Of a stretch of 64,000 bases of DNA, positions 59,012-64,000 are shown in pieces. The notes below the pieces were generated by a model. That model saw nothing but the letters and a program-made list of their open reading frames with translations. It made no database searches and was not told the DNA's origin. A program made the translations under genes and the position numbers. This DNA comes from an uncultured bacterium (GTDB lineage: Bacteria > Verrucomicrobiota > Verrucomicrobiia > Limisphaerales > UBA8199): NCBI GenBank assembly GCA_963749495.1, contig CAVVMW010000006.1, forward strand, positions 1,024,001 through 1,088,000. The letters run 5' to 3'. Every line of letters begins with the position of its first letter. The stretch's first letter is position 1.

Positions 59012-62000
59012 ATGGATTGGAAGCGCCTTCTGGCCTACATCACCGGACCCGTTGAGGGCCACGTTTTCAGGGCGGTACTGTCGCTGCTGGCTCTGACCTG
59101 TCCGGCCGCCGCCGCTGAACCACCCCTCCAATACACCACCGCCGCGTGGCCGCCCGTGGGTCTCGGCAACCTCCGGGCGCGCCTTACGGTGGCCGAAAGA
59201 GCCGACGTAGTATGGGCTCGCATCCCCTGGCGGCGCCGGGACTCAAACCCCGGACACAAGGACACCATCGTGGTGGACGCCACCACGGGAAAGCGGGTCG
59301 CGAACGTGGTCCGAGTCAGCGTGTCCCGCGAATGCGGCAACCTGCTTTTCCAACCGCCAACGGCCCCCGGCCAATATTATGTTTATTACCTGCCTTTCCG
59401 GACCGCCGGACAATGGTATTTCCCCAGCACACTCTACCTGGCGCCCACCAATACGGCTGAGCAGGCATGGTCCGCAGCCTGCGCCGCAGCGGCGGAACAG
59501 ATTAACGCGGGCCAATCACCTCCACTGCCTGCGGCCCAAGTGCTGGAAATCCAGGCCATCGATGACTTTCATCGCTTCGACCCGATGGAGATCATTCCGA
59601 CAGCCCAAGAAATGAAACAGTTCCTGGCCGAGCACGGCAGCCGGCCTTTCCTGGTGTTTCTCGAGGACCGCCGTTACCCGATCCGGATGACGCAGGAATT
59701 GCCCCTGCGCTGGGTGCAAAGGGGCCCCGCCCAGCCGTTCGCCGGGCAGGCTTGCAGGGGTGAGTTCTACTCCTTCCAGGCCGGCGTGTATGCCTGCGGC
59801 CAATCTCTCGAGAACGTGGCGGTCACTTTCAGCGATCTCACTGGAACCGACGGAGGCCGGATCCCGGCCGCTGCGTTGCGCTGCTTTAACCTGGCGGGCA
59901 CCAACTGGCTTGGAATGCGGGTTAGCAAGTCAATCCATGTCGCCAAAGGGCTGGTCCAAGCGCTCTGGTTCGGTCTCCAGGTCCCGAAAGAGGCCCCCGC
60001 CCAAACGTATCGGGGCACGGCAACATTCGGCGCCGGCAACGTGCCCGCCTTCCCCGTGAAGTTCGAACTCAAGGTATCCGAGCGCGTGCTGGCGGACGCC
60101 GGAGACAGCGACCTCCCACGCCAGTCCCGGTTGCGCTGGCTGGACTCGACTATCGGCCTGGATGACGAAGTCTTCGCCCCTTACTCGCCGGTAGCCGTGG
60201 AGGACCATACGGTCGCCGTTTTGGGCCGCAAGGTTCACTTTAGTGATTGCGGGTTGCTCGACAGCGTCATCAGCACGTTCTCGCGGAACATCAACGCCCT
60301 GGACGCCCCGGCCCGGGAACTCCTCGCCGGGCCGATGGCTTTCGTCGTCGAGACCCCTGCCGGATCGCTCGACTGGAAGGGAGGGCGCCCCAGAATCCTC
60401 ACACAAACCACCGGGGCCGTCACCTGGGAAGCGGTGTCGGCTGCCGGGCCGTTAGCGCTTGAATGCGTGGCCAAGATGGAGTGTGACGGTTACATCAACT
60501 TCAAGCTGGCGTTGCGCGCCAGCCAGACTGTCGATCTCAAGGATGTGCGCCTGGAAATCCCGCTGCGCCGGGAACTGGCCACCTACATGATGGGCATGGG
60601 CTGCAAAGGCGGCTATCGCCCGGCCTCCTGGCAGTGGCAGTGGGACCCGGCCCGCTCCAATAATCAACTCTGGATCGGCAACGTGGACGTCGGTCTGAGC
60701 TGCAAGCTCAAGCATGTCGAGGACCGCTGGGACTTGGCGAACCTGAAGGAGTCGGGGCCCTATCGCGACTGGAGCAACAACGGCCGCGGCGGCTGCCGGG
60801 TGGAGGAGGCCGGCGACCGGGTGGTCATCCGGGCCTACACCGGCCCACGCAAAGCCGAGCCAGGGGAGGTCCTCCATTTTAACTTAGGCTTACTGGTTAC
60901 GCCGGTGAAGTTGCTGGACAAAGCTCACTGGCATTGGCGGTACTTTCACCGGGAAAGTTCGAGCCCCATCCCGGAAATCGCCGACACCGGCGCGACGCTC
61001 ATCAACCTGCACCAGGGTGACGCGCTCAACCCCTACATCAACTATCCCTTTCTCACACTGGACAAGCTCTCGGCCTATACGCGCGAGGCGCATGCCCGGC
61101 AAATGAAGGTCAAGCTCTACTACACCATCCGCGAACTGAGCAACTATACGGCCGAGTTCTGGGCCTTGCGCAGCCTGGGCACCGAGGTCTTCATCGACGG
61201 CCCGGGCTTTCATCTGGCCGATCAGTTCTCGGAAAACCGGGCCGGCCAGCCCCTGCCAAAGACCGGTGATTCCTGGCTCTGCGAACATGTGGTCAACCAT
61301 TATGTGCCGGCGTGGCACACGCCCCTGGGCAACGGCCGCATCGATGCGGCGATCGCCACCACCGGCCTGTCCCGCTGGCACAATTACTACCTCGAGGGCC
61401 TGGGTTGGCTGATCCGCAACGCGGGCATCGATGGCCTCTACCTCGATGGCGTGGGCTATGATCGCGAGATCATGAAGCGCGTGCGCAAGGTCATGCAGCA
61501 GTCCCGCCAAGGTTGCCTGATCGATTTTCACAGCGGCAACAACTACCATCTGGAATACGGCCTGAACAATTGCGCCAACCAATACCTGGAGCTGTTCCCT
61601 TGCATCGACAGCCTCTGGTTCGGCGAAGGATTTGATTACAACGAGTCCCCCGACTATTGGCTCATCGAGATCGCGGGGATTCCTTACGGGCTTTTTGGTG
61701 AGATGCTGCAGGATGGCGGCAATCCCTGGCGCGGCATGTTGTTTGGCATGACCGGCAGGCTGGGATGGGGCGGTAATCCGCAGGCAATCTGGAAGGTGTG
61801 GGATGAGTTCGGCATCCAGGATGCCAAAATGTCCGGTTTCTGGGACCCGCTGTGCCCGGTCAAGACCGGCTTGACCAATGTCCTGGCTACGGCATACGTC
61901 AAAAAAGGCAAGACCCTGGTCTCGCTGGCGAGTTGGGCTGCTGATACAAACAAGGTGCGCCTGGCGATCAACTGCGCAGCGTTGGGCCTGGACCCGAACA

Positions 62001-62131
62001 AGGCGAGCCTCTACGCGCCCTCCATCCGGAGTTTTCAGCCAGAGGCAATATTCAAGCTCGGCGACAACATCCCGGCCAAGCCGGGAAAAGGCTGGTTGCT
62101 CCTGCTGGACGAAGCAGAGCACAGGAAATGA
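59012..62131 (+). CDS. Large secreted glycoside-hydrolase-like protein (DUF6067-like)
   Basis: IPWRRRD, LRWLDS, NPYINYPF, KLYYTIRELSN, RWHNYYLEG, DGLYLD, LWFGEGFDY, GEMLQDGGNPWRGM. Confidence 0.75.
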   Translation: MDWKRLLAYITGPVEGHVFRAVLSLLALTCPAAAAEPPLQYTTAAWPPVGLGNLRARLTVAERADVVWARIPWRRRDSNPGHKDTIVVDATTGKRVANVVRVSVSRECGNLLFQPPTAPGQYYVYYLPFRTAGQWYFPSTLYLAPTNTAEQAWSAACAAAAEQINAGQSPPLPAAQVLEIQAIDDFHRFDPMEIIPTAQEMKQFLAEHGSRPFLVFLEDRRYPIRMTQELPLRWVQRGPAQPFAGQACRGEFYSFQAGVYACGQSLENVAVTFSDLTGTDGGRIPAAALRCFNLAGTNWLGMRVSKSIHVAKGLVQALWFGLQVPKEAPAQTYRGTATFGAGNVPAFPVKFELKVSERVLADAGDSDLPRQSRLRWLDSTIGLDDEVFAPYSPVAVEDHTVAVLGRKVHFSDCGLLDSVISTFSRNINALDAPARELLAGPMAFVVETPAGSLDWKGGRPRILTQTTGAVTWEAVSAAGPLALECVAKMECDGYINFKLALRASQTVDLKDVRLEIPLRRELATYMMGMGCKGGYRPASWQWQWDPARSNNQLWIGNVDVGLSCKLKHVEDRWDLANLKESGPYRDWSNNGRGGCRVEEAGDRVVIRAYTGPRKAEPGEVLHFNLGLLVTPVKLLDKAHWHWRYFHRESSSPIPEIADTGATLINLHQGDALNPYINYPFLTLDKLSAYTREAHARQMKVKLYYTIRELSNYTAEFWALRSLGTEVFIDGPGFHLADQFSENRAGQPLPKTGDSWLCEHVVNHYVPAWHTPLGNGRIDAAIATTGLSRWHNYYLEGLGWLIRNAGIDGLYLDGVGYDREIMKRVRKVMQQSRQGCLIDFHSGNNYHLEYGLNNCANQYLELFPCIDSLWFGEGFDYNESPDYWLIEIAGIPYGLFGEMLQDGGNPWRGMLFGMTGRLGWGGNPQAIWKVWDEFGIQDAKMSGFWDPLCPVKTGLTNVLATAYVKKGKTLVSLASWAADTNKVRLAINCAALGLDPNKASLYAPSIRSFQPEAIFKLGDNIPAKPGKGWLLLLDEAEHRK

Positions 62132-62332
62132 ACGCCAGGGCCAACAGCGAGGACTTCTCCGAGCCCGGACCGGAAGGGGGTTGCACCATCAGGCAGTTGC
62201 AGGTTTTCGGCATGCCATGAACTCAACATGGTCGCCCGAGAGCGATGTTTCTTGGAAGGGCCCGCCTTGCCCGGCCAGTTGAAACATTGAGCTTGCGCCC
62301 GTTCTGCGGCGCCACGCAGAATGGCGTTCCAC

Positions 62333-64000
62333 ATGACTACCGGCACACTTCACCCCGTTCACGAGGCCCCACGCAGCTTCCGGCCGAGCATCAAGGGCAC
62401 ACTGCTCGGCAGCGCTATTCTGGCGGCGCTGGCAGTCTCTTTGGCCGGCCACGCGGCGGAACCGCTCGAACCTCTTTGGCGGGTTGGCCAGGCCGACCAG
62501 CGTGCCACTGAGTTTGCCCTGGCGCCCACAAACTACACGGCCTTCCTGCAACGGTTCGGCAGTCCGGATCAGGCCTATTACGTTGGCCTGTCCAGGCCGG
62601 AGAACGACTGGCCTTACATTCTGCCCGGACCACTGGATGGCTGGGGCGGCAGCAGCGGCAACGGACGATGGGATCAAATGAACACGTTGCCGGTCGGGTT
62701 CGTGCTGGCGCAAACGGCGGCAACGGGCCAATGCGCCCTTGCTATCAACGTCGCAGAAACACCGCCCCAACACCCGCCCAGGTTGAGAGTCACGGTCAAT
62801 GGCGCGGTGTTTGAAGAGGAACTGCGGCCGGGCGGCAGCGATGACTCTCCGCGCGGCAACATGATTTCGGCCAAACCGCAGGTGGTTCGGGTCGAGTTTC
62901 CGGCCTCGATGCTGCGGCTGGGCTACAATGAAATCGCGCTGCGCATTACGGCCGGAAGTTGGCTGATGTTTGACTCGCTGCGTCTGGAGACCCCGGCGGA
63001 GTTCCGGCTGGCTCCGGCAGCGAGCACCATTATTCGCTCCGTTTCGACTGCCCCATACGCGGTGTCAGACAACAAAGAGTCACCCGCCACCCTTCGAGTA
63101 GAACTGTTCCGCGCGGGCTCACGCGGAAAGCTTAAGGTTGAAATGGACCACGGTGAAACGCAGGAGCCGGAGATCGAACCCGGCTTGCAGGTCCTTGAAC
63201 TTCCGGCGCCGGCCTCGCCCCCCGGCGAAATGACCCGTGTCCGCTTGAGCTCCGACGGCCAGTCGCTGGGGGAAACCCGGTTGGCCCTGCGAGCCTCCGC
63301 CCTCGCAACGCCGGCCGATTACGTGGACGTCTTCAAGGGGACGGCCCATTCGCGGTGGATGATCGCCCCGGGACCGTGGATGCCCTTCAGCATGGTGAAG
63401 ATCTCTCCGGACAACCAGACCCAAGGTTGGTGCGCCGGCTATGAGTATTCGATCGAAGCGATCAACTGTTTCAGTCACATTCACGAATGGACCATGGCGG
63501 GGCTGGGCATGATGCCGACGGCCGGGCCGCTTCGCACAAAACCCGGCCTCGACGGGGCCGGCTACAGTTCCCGCTTCGACAAGGCCACGGAGCGAGGTGG
63601 CATCGGCTTTTATGAGGTGCTCCTTAAGGACAGCGGCATTCGCGTGGAGCTGAGCGCGACGACGCGGGCCAGTTTGCAGCGCTACACTTTTCCGGCGAGC
63701 GACCAGGCGCGGGTGCTTTTCGATTTCCTGATTCCGGCGGAATACCAGATGCATGTGCTCGGCGCCGAAGCGCGCCGCACGGGCCCTGCTGAGATTTCGG
63801 GGACCATCCGGACCGCTGTGCCAGAGCTCCCCTACAACGGCGATCAGCACTACGATCTGCATTTCGTGGCCCAATTCAACCGCCCGTTTGACAGCCTGGG
63901 CGGCTGGCAAGGCCAACGAGTCGTTACCAACGCCCAAGACCTGAAAGAATCGGGCCATTGCGGCGCATTCGCGGAATTCAAGACGGGCGCCGGCGAGAAG
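62333..64000 (+). CDS. GH92 alpha-mannosidase-like glycoside hydrolase, runs off the window end
   Basis: Own translation: signal peptide, N-terminal accessory domain, then DYVDVFKGTAHSRWMIAPGPWMPFSMVKISPDN...GYEY...FSHIHEW. Confidence 0.85.
   Translation, partial: MTTGTLHPVHEAPRSFRPSIKGTLLGSAILAALAVSLAGHAAEPLEPLWRVGQADQRATEFALAPTNYTAFLQRFGSPDQAYYVGLSRPENDWPYILPGPLDGWGGSSGNGRWDQMNTLPVGFVLAQTAATGQCALAINVAETPPQHPPRLRVTVNGAVFEEELRPGGSDDSPRGNMISAKPQVVRVEFPASMLRLGYNEIALRITAGSWLMFDSLRLETPAEFRLAPAASTIIRSVSTAPYAVSDNKESPATLRVELFRAGSRGKLKVEMDHGETQEPEIEPGLQVLELPAPASPPGEMTRVRLSSDGQSLGETRLALRASALATPADYVDVFKGTAHSRWMIAPGPWMPFSMVKISPDNQTQGWCAGYEYSIEAINCFSHIHEWTMAGLGMMPTAGPLRTKPGLDGAGYSSRFDKATERGGIGFYEVLLKDSGIRVELSATTRASLQRYTFPASDQARVLFDFLIPAEYQMHVLGAEARRTGPAEISGTIRTAVPELPYNGDQHYDLHFVAQFNRPFDSLGGWQGQRVVTNAQDLKESGHCGAFAEFKTGAGEK

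Noticed and set aside
1..64000. rRNA, tRNA, prophage or reverse-transcriptase genes
   Set aside because: None recognised by eye; tRNAscan/Infernal could not be run.

Overview
GC-rich bacterial chromosomal segment. Gene content and style suggest Verrucomicrobiota (Pedosphaerales/Limisphaerales-like); this is inference, not a database result. Housekeeping genes (mfd, aroE, pilD, aroC, rpoN, leuA with a Leu leader-peptide attenuator) are mixed with carbohydrate-active and secreted proteins, an ApbE-TlpA-DUF4266-DUF3570-multiheme cytochrome cluster, an IS4 element, an ISAs1 relic and a tandemly duplicated RAYT-like Y1 transposase bounded by 26-bp inverted repeats. The most striking signal is a set of short-tandem-repeat (7/8/9/12-bp unit) and REP-like hairpin elements. 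They sit at stop codons, occur as local pairs flanking single genes, and are inserted in frame in proteins. mfd alone carries five stop-free repeat inserts, two of which are copies of one heptamer-armed hairpin element. Other highlights: a TPP-dependent E1 alpha subunit with a twin-arginine signal peptide, an IS4 element inserted precisely into a REP palindrome, a scrambled mosaic of recD2/radC/parE fragments, and widespread leaderless promoters. About a dozen single-base frameshifts are probably long-read consensus errors; four share the motif AGTAC>AGGTAC. No rRNA, tRNA or CRISPR array was recognised.
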